Positions 38,681-61,172 of a stretch of DNA of 64,000 bases are shown here, piece after piece (position 1 is the first letter of the stretch; the number at the start of each line of letters is the position of its first letter). The notes beneath the pieces were generated by a model, which was not told where the DNA came from, searched no databases, and worked only from the letters and a program-made list of their open reading frames with translations. The position numbers and the translations under genes were made by a program. The DNA lies in NCBI GenBank assembly GCA_973895155.1, contig OZ316895.1, positions 2,343,659 to 2,407,658 of the forward strand, given 5' to 3'. The DNA comes from Marsupella aquatica (taxonomy: Eukaryota > Plantae > Marchantiophyta).

Positions 38681-39954
38681 GCTAAAATTTCATGGGATGG
38701 GTTTTGTGGGTAGTGAAATGGGAGTAGTGGATTATTTACTTGGCCCCTGGTTGTCCTTTGTGACCTTGCTTTAATCCTCTCTTTCTCATGAAATCCATGA
38801 GTGCTCACCCTGAAATGGGGTTCCCTACAATGAATGTATGTTACTATTGGGGTGGGGAGAGTCTACTAAATGTTCTTCCTCATTTCTATTCAAGATGGAA
38901 CCCTGTAGAGGAGAAAACTAAAAATCCTGGTATAATTTCAGAGTGAACTGGATGGGAGGGTCGCACAAGGGAAACTGTCTAGAGGTCCTAAAACCAATTG
39001 CCTTGGCTCTATGGAGAATGGTGAAAGCAAAGTGTTAGGTGAGTTGTGTATGCTAGCCGGTTCCTTGAACACAAATACAGATTACAAAAAAAATGAGAAA
39101 ACCTTGCATGTTATTTCCTGTTCATCTTTGCCCCATCCTTGTTTTTGGTTCGCACCCTCATTTTCAGTTATGCCCTCGCTCGATAGTCAGAGTCTAGAGG
39201 CTTTGACTTCACTCTAGACAGTAGTCACAAGGAGTAGCTTTTGATTGTGCTTTATCAGTTAGATATAAAGCTCATTGAAAACTAAAGCAAAGCGCCAAGA
39301 GGGAGACAAGATTGCAAAGGCATTAAACTCCATAAATAAGAGAAAACAAGAGGAATCCCAGGGAAACCAAAGAGGAGCAACTGCCAAAGAACTAAAGCCT
39401 TACAAGGCAATAATGTCACCTACATGAATTAACATGGAGGCACTAATGCCAAAAGCCTTAACCTACAAAGAATAGTGAATATATGAGCCCTCCTTAGTGC
39501 AACGCGCACCTATTCCTAAAGTACCTATTCCTAAAGTACTTGTCCTATATAAAGGCTTGACTGTTAAATTTTGGACATTTTCCAATAGAGAGAGACTTAA
39601 CTTACTTTGTTCTCTATCAAAACAATTTTACATTAATATAGTTGTCAAGACAAAGCAAGCAAAAATGCCTTGCCTGTGATGGAATATCCTCTGCCCGTGC
39701 CCTCATTGTGTGCTTCGGATAACGTGTCTCTATCTTCTAGAAATGTCTGACTTCTCTAATTTCTTGGTGGCACAGTTAGGACGCTTTTCAGCTGCACATT
39801 GGATGCCATAGTTAAAAGCTCTGCGAGTTTCCATTGGAGAGTGAAAAAACAATTGTATGAGGGGGAACTCCTGTATTGATATGATTGGCAAATAAATTAA
39901 TTCCGACAATGCTTACAATAATGTTTGACTTTGATTGACTGTCTATTGAGTTGT

Positions 39955-48136
<8,182 letters not shown>

Positions 48137-48763
48137 GATTCCCTCGACCGTCCTCCGACCTCCCAGTTCACACGCAGTTCAAATCACCGACTTCGCTCGA
48201 TCAGAAAACATCCTTCTCATTCTAATTCCCGCTCTGTGATTCACTGTGGCTTCCGGTGAGAACCACTACGTATCTAGACAGTTTCCCAACTCGATCTAAT
48301 CCGCCAGCCTGATTGGATTCCAGTGGAAACTACAGTACAACAACACAGAAGCAACAGGAACACTACAGTACTTTCCGGACTCGAATCCCTGGAACCCATT
48401 CTCGCACACATCGTCCAGACAACTGTGAGAGTGTGAGAACTGTGAGAGTGTGAGAACTGTGGCAGCGCAAAACGAGGCACCTCTCAATTAATTTCGCTCC
48501 GTTCCGCGTCGAATTTGTCAAAGTGTCAAACTTTGTAACAGTTCGACAGCTTTGTGATGATTATTAAGGGTGTCGCCTGTCGAGGAAGCAGGTCAGCAGC
48601 TTTTATAAACGTTCGTTTGCGTAGCAGGCGAAGTGATTGGAGAGAAGAGAGGGTGGTGGGTTCGCCATTATAGCTTCAATGATCCACGTGGGGACCAGGC
48701 AACCTGTCCCTCGTAGAGACGGAAGGAAAAGAAAGGAGTGGAGAGGAGTGAGACACAATATTA

Positions 48764-49320
48764 GGGCGTCTCAAACCTTGGAGTTGCCTGGAAAAAATGA
48801 AGCCTGGAACTATTAGTTTCAGTCATGGTTTAGGAGTGTGCAGACATGGATTTTTGCTCCCCCACCTTTTCCCGGGAATCCATTGTTGACTGTGACTGGA
48901 GGCAGCAATGTAGTGTTTGCAATGCCCTACTAGGGCGTGTCAAACTTTTAGGTCCGCAAAAAAATTCCTAGCCCCAAAATATCATTCTGTTTGCAGTCAC
49001 AGGTGTGTGGACAAGCTTTTTTGTGTCTGCCACTTTAGTCTTGGGAAGATTGTGGTGACCACGACCAGAGGCAAAATGTAGAGGTTTGAGGACTTTTATG
49101 TGTCCGCCACTTTTGGTTTGGGAAAACAACCTTGACCACGACGGGAGACAAGGAGAGGTTTGAGAACTTAAAGGACTGCAACAAATTTGAAGGCCAGAAA
49201 GGATCAGTTTAGGATATCAGTAGCAAGTTGTAAACTATCTCTTGCCAAGTCCGCCACATTACTTCTTGGAAATCCTGCATGACCTTGACTGGAGCCAAAA
49301 CCAAGAGGTTAGAGACACCC
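48764..49320. mobile_element. MITE-like element, GGGCGTCTCAA-TIR family (diverged)
   Basis: TA|GGGCGTCTCAAACC at 48764, an internal end-like TAGGGCGTGTCAAAC at 48931, and right end GGTTAGAGACACCC|TA at 49320. Confidence 0.65.
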
Positions 49321-49542
49321 TATTGTTTTCAGTGTGAGCCCAAATAAGAACAGCCCTGTTGGGTTTGGTTATTGCAAAGGGGTGCTGACCTAACCACTGT
49401 AAAATGCCAGCTATAATGATTTAGGCCAATGGGTCCCAGGAAAGTCATTTATGACTCTCCATAAGCGCTGCCCGCCTGCTACTCCCAAGCCCTGCACGAA
49501 ATAAGTATCTAAAGCAAAAACTGTCGAGCACTTTTGTGCAGC

Positions 49543-49605
49543 AGGCTTAAATGGTAGAGAGCATGAGTGGGGAGAGGTCCCCAGTTCAAATCCTCTTGCA
49601 TTCGA
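49543..49605 (+). repeat. Degenerate tRNA-like / SINE head
   Basis: A-box-like GGCTTAAATGGTAGAG followed about 25 bp later by B-box-like GGTCCCCAGTTCAAATCC. No intact cloverleaf. Confidence 0.4.
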
Positions 49606-50171
49606 AACTTCTTTTACACAAACCCCACTTTCCCCACCCAAAAGTACAGAAACCTCACTTTCCCCACCCAAAAGTGGGGTTCAGACAACTCTAGCAACAC
49701 TTAGAAAAATTGGCAATTTTCAGGTTCTATCGGCAGCTGGCAGACGAGTACAGGCAACACAAGGTTCAGAACTCATTAAGTACTTCCAGGGAATAGTCTC
49801 CCTGAATGTATAATGTAACGAGTGTTGACCTACCCAGTCAGGTCCAACCCACTACTCAATTGAATGGGGTTTTTTGTTAGTGTATTTGGATATGGAAGAC
49901 AATACATAGTATCTTGCAGTCTATGAGTTTGTTGTTAGGTTTTCAAGATTCTAAATCTAAGGTATGATATAATGGTTGAGGCTGACTTTCAATTGATAAT
50001 GATAGCTATCTAGAATACACCACAAAAAAGGTGTTGTCAGATTGGGTATTTATTCCTCACAGTAACCAAAACCCAGTGTGACCGGAGATTCTTTAAGGTT
50101 GGCTCACACTCAGACTAATTTTTGAAGGTGTTTCCTTTTTTGCCATTGTGGTGAATGTCATTGTGAGGAAT

Positions 50172-50331
50172 AAAGATCCCACTAAGCCAGAATCTAATGG
50201 TCAAGCTTAATCTTGGAAATTTAGATAAAAATTTAGTAACTACTGTGAGGAATAAATACTTGAGATGCTACGACTTATCTAAATTTCCAAGATTAAGCTT
50301 GACCATTAGATTCTGGCTTAGTGGGGTCTTT
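50172..50331. repeat. Near-perfect inverted repeat with 57-bp arms and a 46-bp loop
   Basis: AAAGATCCCACTAAGCCAGAATCTAATGGTCAAGCTTAATCTTGGAAATTTAGATAA (50172-50228) versus its reverse complement at 50275-50331, with one mismatch. Confidence 0.92.
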
Positions 50332-53300
50332 GGCTAGATGACAAACTGGCTAATGGGAGACAAAAACCTAGCAAATTTGGTACACTCGTGCTCAGCAATT
50401 TCAGCAGCGAACCCTTGTCAGTGACATATGCTTGGCTAATTACCATTGGTCTATCCTTGCCTTACTCTAGCATGCATCTATGCTTGTTGGGTCCATCTGT
50501 GGTAAAGTTTAGAGTGGGTCAATGGGTTGAAACCGGCTCACTGAGAACACAGAGCAACTGGTTCCTGCTCAAGTCAGAGGTTGTGAGCTAAATGTCAAAA
50601 ATGGGGATGCAAATCCTTCTTTCCATGTAATGTTAAGACCATATGAGCAGGTGTAATGTAAGTGAATGACTGCATAAGAATTGGCTTCTATTCACCTTCA
50701 ATTAGGAGCTTTACCCTTAGGCATGTGTCTTGCATTTGATCTAAGAGACTTTGTGTAGCCTGGTGACATAGTATATATCTTCACGCTAGAGAGTTTCAAC
50801 TTTGCGAGTGAAAGCCATGGTGATGTTATTGTTGGAACTACACTAGTAAAACCCCTTTGATTTCAAAAAGCCTTGGCAATTGCTAGGATTGGAGGTTTTC
50901 ATTAATTATTGCTAACTGAATTGTCATTAAAGACTTTGATTAATGGTTAAATCTTTGGGGTTTGCTTTGGCCCACTTTAAAAGACAGGTCTCCATCTTAT
51001 CCCTTGGAGAGCATTTCATCCTGATCTTATTAGCTACTGTTTGTGTGTGATTTTGTCCATCTAAATACAAATATTGGACCCTATCTAATTCCATCCATTG
51101 TCCAGGGCCCAATCTATTAATGACACTAAAGGATCTCTTCTGGGATGTTGATGCTCACAGAAATAGGGAGCAAGTGTGGTGTGTGATTTTTGGGTTTACG
51201 TCCGGATACAACACCCAAATCTTCCGTTTTATATCTCTTCTCAACTGCAGCATGTATTTTTACTAGCGGAGCAATTTCCTTGACCTCTTTACATTGATAG
51301 GCAAAAGTGAATAATAAGAAGTACTAGCAGGACTGCCCTTCACCATTGTTTGAGCTCAAAAAGAGGTGAGAACACTCTAGCCCCAGGCCAGTTCCCCCTC
51401 TTCAATCAATTGATTTCGAGTGACTCCTCGCACTAAACACCACCATTTATGAGAGACTCTGTTTGCCCCAATCCCCGTTTTTGGCCCACAACCCACCTTA
51501 AGTTACAATCCAGAGGTATCCCTCTAGACTCTAGGTCCTGAATATGAGGTCAATACAGCCATAGCATAATTAGATATTCTAGGGCTGGGGGACTGGAGAT
51601 GATGCTCTATGATGAAGAGAGACCCTCGAGATGAGACAATACTGTCGATCAACATGCGAATGCTGCGATTCTCATACTGCCACCTCATAGTTGTGTGAGA
51701 ATTATGTCCGAAAAGAAGTACAAGTCTTAAAGCTCCAGATCTGCAGCACCTGTGGTACAGACGGTACGTAAGTCGGTGCTGTTTCCACGAAACATAGATA
51801 GAAAGGCATTCAGGCAACTAACTCTGCAATTTGGCCGTCTCGATGAGTGCACTGCGGATTCCTAGAGAACTAAATCCCAGTCTCTGGTCAATATGATCTC
51901 CTTTACTGAGATCACAGTACTAAAACCTTCCCAAGGAGAATCGCAACTATGCAGTGTACGTTGCGAACATTCGTGGATCAGTTTTGTACAACGGTTTCGC
52001 AGTGGATTGTAAGATCGCCACTAGAGATCGATCGAACAGCAGAATCCAGGACTACGATGCAGTACATTCCTGTGAGAAGGTCGTTCCAATCTTTTGGCTA
52101 TTGAGTGCAATGACATCGGTAGCAGTCATGTCGATCCGACCAGATTCATCGATCACGTCCCGTTGATTTCATCAATCTTATATTCTTATGGTAACGATGA
52201 GCATTAATTACAGTTTCACTGGACTGGTCTAGATCCGTGTTTTCCAGTTTCGAACATCTCACGGATACTATTGACTTTTTGCTACCATGGGAAAGTGGGC
52301 CACATTCCCAAGGGCTACTCTGGTTCTAAAGAAAGACTCCAGATAAATTAAAAAACTATCCTCGTTCTAAAGAAAGACTCCAGACAAATTTAAAAACTTA
52401 CTCTGGCTCTAAACCAAAACTCCAGACAAAACAAAAAAATTGAATAAATGCGAAAAGCCAAAGCTTGGAAATAGTTGGACCACCTTTGGAGGTGGATAAG
52501 TACAGCCAAATTTTGGACCACCTTTGGAGGTGGATGGGTACTAGCATAGACATTAGCATTTACTTGGACCCACTGATTGCCATATAAGATGTGGTAGGAA
52601 ACCACTCTTGAATGACCCTACGTTCTTCTAAAGCCAACCACTTCCACTCATTCTTCCATTCTTTATATTATCCAGATTTGGTCTCAGAGAGAATGTAAAC
52701 AAAACCATGGGCCCTCCAGGCAACTGCACCAATTCCACTCATGATATGCAGATACGGGACCCAAACCTCACAATTTCCACTCATTACATGGGACCCAGTT
52801 CTTAACTACAACCGTAACTACAACCGTTACATTATAAGATCCAGATTTTTAAATTAATCTCACAAGGAATTAATTTTTAAAAACAATGGGCCCAACTTCA
52901 TGTAAAGTCACATATCCCTGGAGTGTCCTGGCGCCACCCTTATAGAATCATCCATGGAGTCCATCCAGGCAACGCTCTGGTTCCCCGAGACAAAATATCT
53001 GCACTTGAAAAATTCACGCCAGTCAGTATTGCTCTGTACGAGACATCAATGTGCTGTCAAAAGGTAGTCCTGCTCTACAGTTCTGGGAGGATCCGCCACT
53101 CTTGCACGGTCCAGTCATTCATTGCCCTAAAACCTCTTTTTGACCATTACTTTGCTCTTGTGGGGGACCTCTTGGCTTGGTGTACCTTTTGGTCTTTTCG
53201 TGCCTTTTTCTTTTCCCTTTTCCTTGGGCTCCTTTGCCATTGGGCCCTGTCTCCCCGTTTGGCATTTTTGCCCTGTGCGCAGTGGGATATATATGTTTTT

Positions 53301-53489
53301 GAGCACTAAGTTGGAACTCTTCACTTGGGACTGGTTCTTCAAGCAGCCTGTACCCACATGGAGATGTAAGAGTCCCCTGCACCATCAACTTGGCAATCCA
53401 ATGAGCTATCTCTATGAACAAATAGTGTTTGTGCTCTCAGTTTCTTGGGAAACCAGATTATCTTTTAGTACTAGCTCAATACCAACGTG

Positions 53490-53800
53490 ATGCACAAAAG
53501 ATGTTGTTGCATAAAAGATGACATAGGAAAAATTCTTACTCAAAAGATGTGGATGCATAAGAAATTTTCTCAAAAGATGTAGATGCGTAATCAATGTCAT
53601 TCCATTAAAGAGATCTTTTGGTAAAAGATGGCATTGTGGAAAAGTCATTGTTCATGTAAAAGCTTTAAGAGATGTTGTTGCATAAAAGAAATCATTCCAC
53701 AAAAGAATTTTTTGCGTTTAAATATCATTGTGTGTGAACTACATAGTTGCGCAAAAGATATTATGGAAGAAAAGATGTCTTTGTGTAGTATAAGTTCTTC
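53490..53800. repeat. Low-complexity degenerate AAAAGATGT tandem motif region
   Basis: Repeated AAAAGATG(T/A/G) motifs. A similar tract occurs at about 61610-62000. Confidence 0.55.
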
Positions 53801-56800
53801 TTTAAGTAAGGTAGTTTCTGTGCAAGGCGTGCATGCCCAAGAGAGAGCAAAAGATGGATAGTGGTCCCGGGCAGGGATTTGGGGCAGAAATCAAGCGCAG
53901 AGATGCAGGCAGCGGCTATTAATAGTCTCTCATCTTTAGCACATATATGATAGGATCAGGGCAGAAATCAAGGGCAGAGATTCAGGCAGAGGCTAATAAT
54001 AGTCGCTAATCTTTAGCCAATGTCTAGTATCATGATGGCACGAGGGGACTATGGTGGGATCATGGCCTGGGAGGTGGGGGGATCGAGGGGGACAAATCAT
54101 CCTTGATACCCCTCTTCCTTCTTCTCCTGGATCCCCTCCTATTATTTTCCAGTTTCTTCGTGCCTCCATTTTCCAGTTCCTTTGTGACTTCTTTATTTTG
54201 TTGCCTTCCCACTCTTTTCTGGCCTGCAAATTTGTAAGACGACCACTTTAAAATATGTGGGGAGTTTGTATTATAGTTTTTAATTTGGTCAGATGGTGCT
54301 TCTGGGTCTATCAGAAGGATTGGTTTTGCAGAAGTAGCTAACCTGTCAGTGGTTTGAGTTCTGCATTTTTTTCATCTTAATTGTCAAGTCTTGGTAGAGA
54401 GACTAGGAGATCTTGGCAAATAGTGTTCACATTGCTCCTGGTTGCATGAGGTGGAAGAATTACTATTTATGAGGCCATCTTTTGCATTTTATTTTTATTA
54501 GTTATTTATATAATTCAACTCAAGTCAGTAATAATTCAGGAAAGATGTCATCTGACTTTTTTGGAAAGTGAATTCAACCCAAGATGTGTACAGATGCCTA
54601 TGGCAGGGGTTTATGCTGACACAACATGTGAGTGATAATTTGAGCAGGAGTGCGTGTCTTACTCCTGCCCAGATATGAAACTCAAAGTTAAGTTGGATGA
54701 GATCTCCATACAAACTTTTGAACTGGGATAGGATCTAAAATTGTTCTTTGTACCCAAACTAAACATTTCTACTGGAAAAATCTCAGATCAAAAGAATGAG
54801 TCGTAGTAATGATGCTTAGAAATCTTATCCACAGAACAAGTTTAAGATAGAGATCTAGTCGGGGCTTATACCTCTCCAAACCCAAAACTTGTAAGAGTAT
54901 ACAAATCAACGAAATAATTACTTGGCTACTCTATAAATCAGTGTAAGTGGACCAGGGTTGACGGGTTAATCATTCCTTGAGGATTTCCAATCCATAATTG
55001 CGTTGGTGGACAGCTCACTCTTCCATGTGTTGGACAAACATAGACATATAATAGTGTAATTTTGCTCATTGTAGAACAAATGAAGAACACGAAGGCAACG
55101 TCCAACTTTGGAACTAGCCTAACGGTTCGCAGGCTCAGGCGAAGTGTGGCCTTTGCTCTAATCGGCATGCACAGTTACCGGGACGGGTAACCAGGCTTTA
55201 GTTAATTTATTCTATGGAGATTCTTATCTATTTCCTTTGAGTGATACATCATCGCCCAAAAACTTCGTAGCTGTCAGCTTGGGTGCGATCTGCATTTTCA
55301 AATTGCTCCGACAGGGTTTCGAAGACCACCACCATGGAACACCTTACACTTTCCCATTAGTCAATTGCCTAACTGGAGTACCAACTTCTTTACATTGCAG
55401 TGGACATAACCTCCAACATCACCTCCTTTATGCCATGTAAGCTCCGCAGGTAGCCCTCAGAAGCCAACCCAGTCAATCAGGTCCTTTAGATCTTCTACGA
55501 TTTGAGAGTTTATTTCGGAATTGGTAGTAGATCAATGAATCACTATGGGAGCATGGCAAGGGCAGTTCTCAAGAGGCCCCAGAAAGAAGAGTAGTCGGAA
55601 TTAATGGACGGCCCTTTAGAAGATGGCACAGCACTGGCATGGGCAGCTCTGTTCTACATGCACCGTCGAGCCTCCTCTCGCTTTCTCGTTGACATTCTAA
55701 AACGTCTTTTCACTGGATATTAATCAAGGTTACGGTTCAAATGTTCTCCAGATACATCTTTTGGATTAGAGTAGCGCAGGATGGCTCTACGTCATATGGC
55801 ACTCCAGGGAGTACCTTTCCCAAGGTAAAAAAACCTGCTTGCCCACAAATAGTTTGGAGCACCAACAGAGACAACTTTGTCCCAACTTGTTGAAGGGCCT
55901 TGCAAGTACTGTCAATATATATTAATATTAAATTAAATGACAACGACGGACAATATTAGAAGATTTTACAAAGTTCATCTTCCTCGTGTGGCACTACCAT
56001 TCACCAGGACGGTTGCAAAGTAAGGACTTCGCACACCAATGACCATTTCACACGCATGAGGCTCAATAGGTCGGATATTATCCACGACGTTAGAAACCTA
56101 GGTTTGGCGTAACCTTTAAACAGAGTACTGAATTCGCAAAAATCAGAAACGGGTTCAAGAGTCTTCGGCAAATATGAGTCGTAGCTCCCACCTTTCCAAA
56201 ATCAGTCAGACGCATCAGGGGTAGATTTGCAACCGTTGCTCCCTTGGCGTCACTTTCTCCACCTAAATAAAGCAAGCAAAGAAGTTGCGAACAAAAGTTG
56301 AATAACAGAGCCTCAACTACATGCGCAAACATACCTTCAGTTCTCCCCGGATAATTAGAGTCAGGCGTAGGGCCATGCAGCAAGAAGGAATGGGATTGGT
56401 CGAAATGTCAACCAGAGGATCTAATAATCAACCTTCTATCGAGGATGCATGCCATGCATCAACGCTGGAAACTTCAATCTGCATGAACTACAATGAAATC
56501 GTTGGCAACATGTGCAATCCCTCCCTATCCAGGACTTCTATCAGCGATCTAGACAGCCTGCCGGGTCTGCACCAGTCTGCAATGCGCTGCAGGTCGCACT
56601 TAGAGGGAAATCTCATATAAAATGGCCACTACTCTGACGTCTGTTTTCAAAAAGTATTTACCGAGGTTGCGCGAATGGCTAACATCTCATTGTGAATCAC
56701 GGTGCAGGAGAGATGCTGGAGACACAAGGCAAAATTTCTTCATAACAATTCGGTACCAGTATTTCAGGAGATAGGAAATAGCTCTGGCAGAAGTAGAAGG

Positions 56801-57980
56801 ACGACTCACGATGAGCAACAAAAATGTGAGAGTCCAGGATCCATCCGTATTCACACCACAGGATCACATTGCACGAGATAAAGCCATGAAGCTGAAATTT
56901 TGACATTTGTATAGAATTAGTACGAGTATTTGACACTCAAGTAAGCGGGAGGAAGACCAACACAAAAAACTGTACCTTTGACCCCGCTACTATTTAATAT
57001 TTAACTCTAGCCGAAATGAAGGCAGGGTCTACTCTTGCAGCAACAGGCACATCCAGTCAAACCCACAGCACGGAGAACTAGTTTCCATATTAGACAGCAT
57101 CACACCAAATCTGCATAAACGAAAAAGACAGACCTAAACTCTAATTGATCGTCCACGGCAAGCACACTTAGGCAAACCGGAAAGCGAAATGGAGACAGCA
57201 TACAGCCCAAAGGGTGTAGCTAAGGCCACATGAAAGCTGAAAGCTCTGCAATACTAGGTCTTGAAAAGAACCCTAAACTGTGCAAATTACTGCATCCTAA
57301 CTTCGGCCACATCAAAAGCGTCATAAGAGAACACTCTGATGAGAATAGCTCAGTACTACGCCCATTTGGGTGTGAAAGGCAGACTACGGTGACAGCACCA
57401 CTAGCGGGTGTGCGGGTATGCTTATCGTCAAAGATTAGCATAGGATTCCCCTTTTCTGTTAAAAAACAGAGCACGATCCATTCTTAGCAATGACCGTTCG
57501 GAACCCTTGCCGATCATATCACACAAAGTGTGATCCTATCAAACGCATTATACTAAAAATATATGGGGTCAACCAAAAGATTTGTAATGGACTCCTCACA
57601 TGTCACTCAGATGCACTACATGCAGACTACTCTAGGGACCGAGAATAAGCGAACGGCAACAACAAAGCAAACATAAGTTGTAAACGAAGTACCTCCATAG
57701 TGCAGGTAAAGACTGATTCTAACCAGCAAGAAAGCAAGAACACTTCTATCAACAATGCCGCAGACGCACCGCTTGACTGCTACCTCTAAACTACCAACCT
57801 AACCCAGCCCACCAATACCTTCGTTTCGTGTACCCTTTCGACTCACTTCTTCCGGTATCCAAAATTTGGGGCAATGCCTTGCCATGGCTCGGCTCCTCGT
57901 CAGAGAATAGAAAATCGCCTCGACATTTCAAACGAGAAGGTCTTCACAGTTGCAACAGCCTACTCACAACTCTTCATCCG

Positions 57981-59638
57981 TCAAGTTGCAACAGGCTGCT
58001 CAACTGCAACCTTGCTCTCTGGCTCAATATCTGGCTTTGCTTCTGTGGTCAATCCAAACCTGGTTCAATTCAAGAACATATCAGCCGCCTGGGTCTTAGG
58101 GAAATATTTAGGGCCATACATCCCATATCCATAAACAAAAGTAAACAAGAAGCCAAGACATGTAACTACGAGAATCTATGCATCTTCTAACATCAAACAT
58201 CTGATCATTTTCCATCCGGTAGAAAAACAAATAGCACCTTACGGCCTTCCTGTTTTGCCGTCCAACGATGAGACATTGTGATTGCAAATGATCTTGACAT
58301 ATCTAGTTGAAAGTGATGAAAGGAAGAAAATTACTGTACTACCTTGCTGCTCGAAGTTTCTTCTTCTCTTGTTCCTGAGGGTCTAACTTGATCTCAAGAC
58401 CAAATCTCGCAAGCCTGGCCTTTTTCTTGGCATCATCAGCTCCTGGGGGAGAGGGGGCTGCATGCTTTTCACCAACTTCTTCTATACCGAACCTGCGTAT
58501 TACACATTTGCGACAAATTTCACTTAACTATCCAATTCTAACACGAGTAGAGACAATCAACAAATTCAGTCCAAAGATAGCACTGCCCCACATTGCAAAT
58601 AAATCGGACGATAGTACCTTGCAGCCCGTGCCTTCCTCTTGACTGCTTCGGCATCTTTCAAGGTGGGGTTCATCTTACTGGAATCATCCTGGGATGCTCC
58701 GTTGGTCTTAGTGTCCACAGTATCACCGAATCTGCAACAGATATTTCAGCCCCATGTCAACCCTAAACCATGAAGCATACAGTCACTCACATGTTCATTC
58801 AATGACTGGCTTCTATAGGCAAGTGAGATGATGAAGACCATAGGAATAACTACGCTGTAATTGCACTTGTCTCGCAGCACTTAAAAGAAACAACCAGCAT
58901 GGCCTAAATTTGGAGCGAGTCTCTGCATGACGAACAGTTGGAACCGACAAATCCCTGCCTGCTTGATGGATAATTAGCATCGATGGTCACAAACTTCAAC
59001 GCAAAGTTTCTAGGTCCAAGACTATTTTCCAAATTATCACATAAGAATTTTGATGCCACCAAAAATGACAGGTTTCTGACATTAAGCACTATCGCAGATG
59101 CAAACAAAACTCACCTGGCGGCGCGCAATCGTCTCTTTTCACTCTCAGATACCATGAGTTCAAGCCCGAATCGTTCTGCACGGCGCTGCTTTTTTTCCAG
59201 GTCTGAGGAAGGTGGTGCCACTCCTGTGCCATTCGTTATCAGAGCAGGAGATTCCTCAGTGGCAGCTTTGACTTCCGCGTCCTTCTCAACGGATGGCTGA
59301 TCTTCTGTACTTGTAACGGGAATGGCTTCTGCTATCGCCTCTTCTGCAACTACTAGGGGCTCTATTGTGATTGGTTCACCTGCAGGATGCTTCTCATCCA
59401 CCTGATCTACCAGGGCACCTTCATTAATATCCAATTCCATATCCTCTCTCGCACCGGCGTCAGCAGTAACAGTTGCAATGTCGTCCTCAACCTTGGCGGC
59501 AGCCGTCTCAAGCCTCTCTATCAACGTCGACTTTACGCCAGCTGTGTCCAATCCTCTACTAGTGAGTTCATCACGTAATTCCTGCACCTTCATCTTCTTC
59601 CAGTCCGGCGCTGCTCCAGGAACTATCGGGGTCGCCAT
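57981..59638 (-). CDS. MOS11: SAP domain-containing ribonucleoprotein (MOS11/SARNP/CIP29/Tho1), TREX-associated mRNA export factor
   Basis: Exons 59638-59114, about 58732-58618, 58492-58343, 58059-57981. N-terminal SAP domain (WKKMKVQELRDELTSRGLDTAGVKSTLIERL) and five repeats of the RAxRFG motif (KKQRRAERFG, KRRLRAARFG, KRKARAARFG, KKKARLARFG, KKKLRAARFG), typical of Tho1/MOS11 C-termini. Confidence 0.92.
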
Positions 59639-60863
59639 GTCTCAAACCAAATCCCGCTCTGTTTGGCTCCAACAACCCTAAAATGGAAACCGATATAACC
59701 ACAGCCGAGAACGTAGCAACCACAATTTAATTTCGCAAGGACGATAAACGCCCAACGCAGCGCAACGTTAACCTTACGTGACGCAGATCCAGCCGGTCGA
59801 GTATTTCTCTGGCTCTTGAATTATTTTATCAGAATCTGGACGGGTAATGTTCTTTCCATGAACATGAACGGGCGAAATCGGGGATAAAAGAACGAGACGT
59901 CACAGAGGTCAGAAAGAACGCAGAAAAAGGCTTTCAAGAGGAAATAAGGACCCTCCCACAGTACTAGTCCAGTCCACTTCCCGCAGAAGAGACTTTCCCC
60001 TGAGAAAACAGTTAAGTCACTTAAAGGTTTGAACCAGGGCAATGAAAGGAAGAAAGGAACAGACTCAACAGATAGAGGACCAGGAAAAAAAACAGTTTAG
60101 AACCCGTCTACACGAATGTCCTGTACCTTGTAGGGAACAGACACACGAGGTGATGATGCGCCAGGTAAGACGTTGGAATTGAAGAGACTCACGACGCCGC
60201 GGCCCACAATTTTCTCAGATGTGCCCGCAGAGTGTCCAAGTGAGGCAAAGCGACGAACAACCTCCCAGAACACCTACCACACGCGGAGAACAGAGTCCAA
60301 GGGAGAAGAACAATCCACCCCGCAGCGAGGAATGAGACTGCGTGCGACCATAACAGGGCAAGTACAGGTACTGTATACCCAGCAGTCAAATTTTCCCACA
60401 AAAGGAAACTGCTACAACAGTAAAAGTATCCAACGAGGAGTCAATGGCGGCGAACGTCTTCGCAGGGGCAGAATGATGAGGGAGAGTCGGGTGCGAGTGA
60501 GCATGAGAAGAGCAAGTCAGAGACAAGGTCACAAACGGGAGATGGACATCGCGGCGGTTGGATAAAAAAGAGGTGGAGGCTCTGGAAATCAAACGATACG
60601 ACTTCCTCAGGATCAGGCGAGGAACTGGTGCGGATATGGAGGAACAATGTCGTCGAAGGGCTGGTCTGCAGAGTGCGGAGAGCTGTATCGGTGGAGAGAG
60701 GAGAGGAGGGGGCTGGCTTCCGCAGTAGTGTAAAGTTCGTGACACAATAATGCGTTCGGACTTCGGAGGGGAGAAAGAGTGCGGGTGACAAGAACGGAAA
60801 CGGGGTGTGTTTCTTCGAGAACGAAGAAACGGGCACGGTTTGATCGAGCATAATATAATAATA

Positions 60864-61172
60864 GGGCGTCTCAACCCTGCGCGTTCTAGGACTCCTTCCG
60901 GTCACCCGGATGTCTCTGGTCGCCGCCCGATATTGAACACCGGTACCCAAAATCGGGTCCCAAAAAACTGGGGTCTGAACTTTACCTCGCACCTAAAAGG
61001 AGTCCCGGCACGGGTTAGACCTGGGTTTTTCCAAAGCAAATTGTAGCCAAAAAAACCCGGTAAAAACTTTTCGGTCACCAAATCGGTGGGCTGACCACCT
61101 GATCCGGGCGGCCCGCGACTGTGAAATCCCGGGTGCCATTTGGAATTCCAAATGCTTAAGTTTGAGACGCCC
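60864..61172. mobile_element. MITE (309 bp) upstream of MOS11
   Basis: Perfect 11-bp TIR GGGCGTCTCAA...TTGAGACGCCC flanked by TAATA on both sides (a TA TSD at minimum). Confidence 0.85.

Noticed and set aside
49543-49605. Functional tRNA gene
   Set aside because: A/B-box-like motifs only, with no acceptor or anticodon stems.
51500-56950. Scattered 60-130 aa ORFs as genes or retroelement proteins
   Set aside because: No gag, RT, integrase or other recognisable motifs and no consistent exon chain; probably decayed repeats or intergenic DNA.
59700-60560. Intronic snoRNAs in the MOS11 5' leader
   Set aside because: The TGATGA motifs are on the strand opposite the host gene, and no convincing C/D pair with a terminal stem was found.
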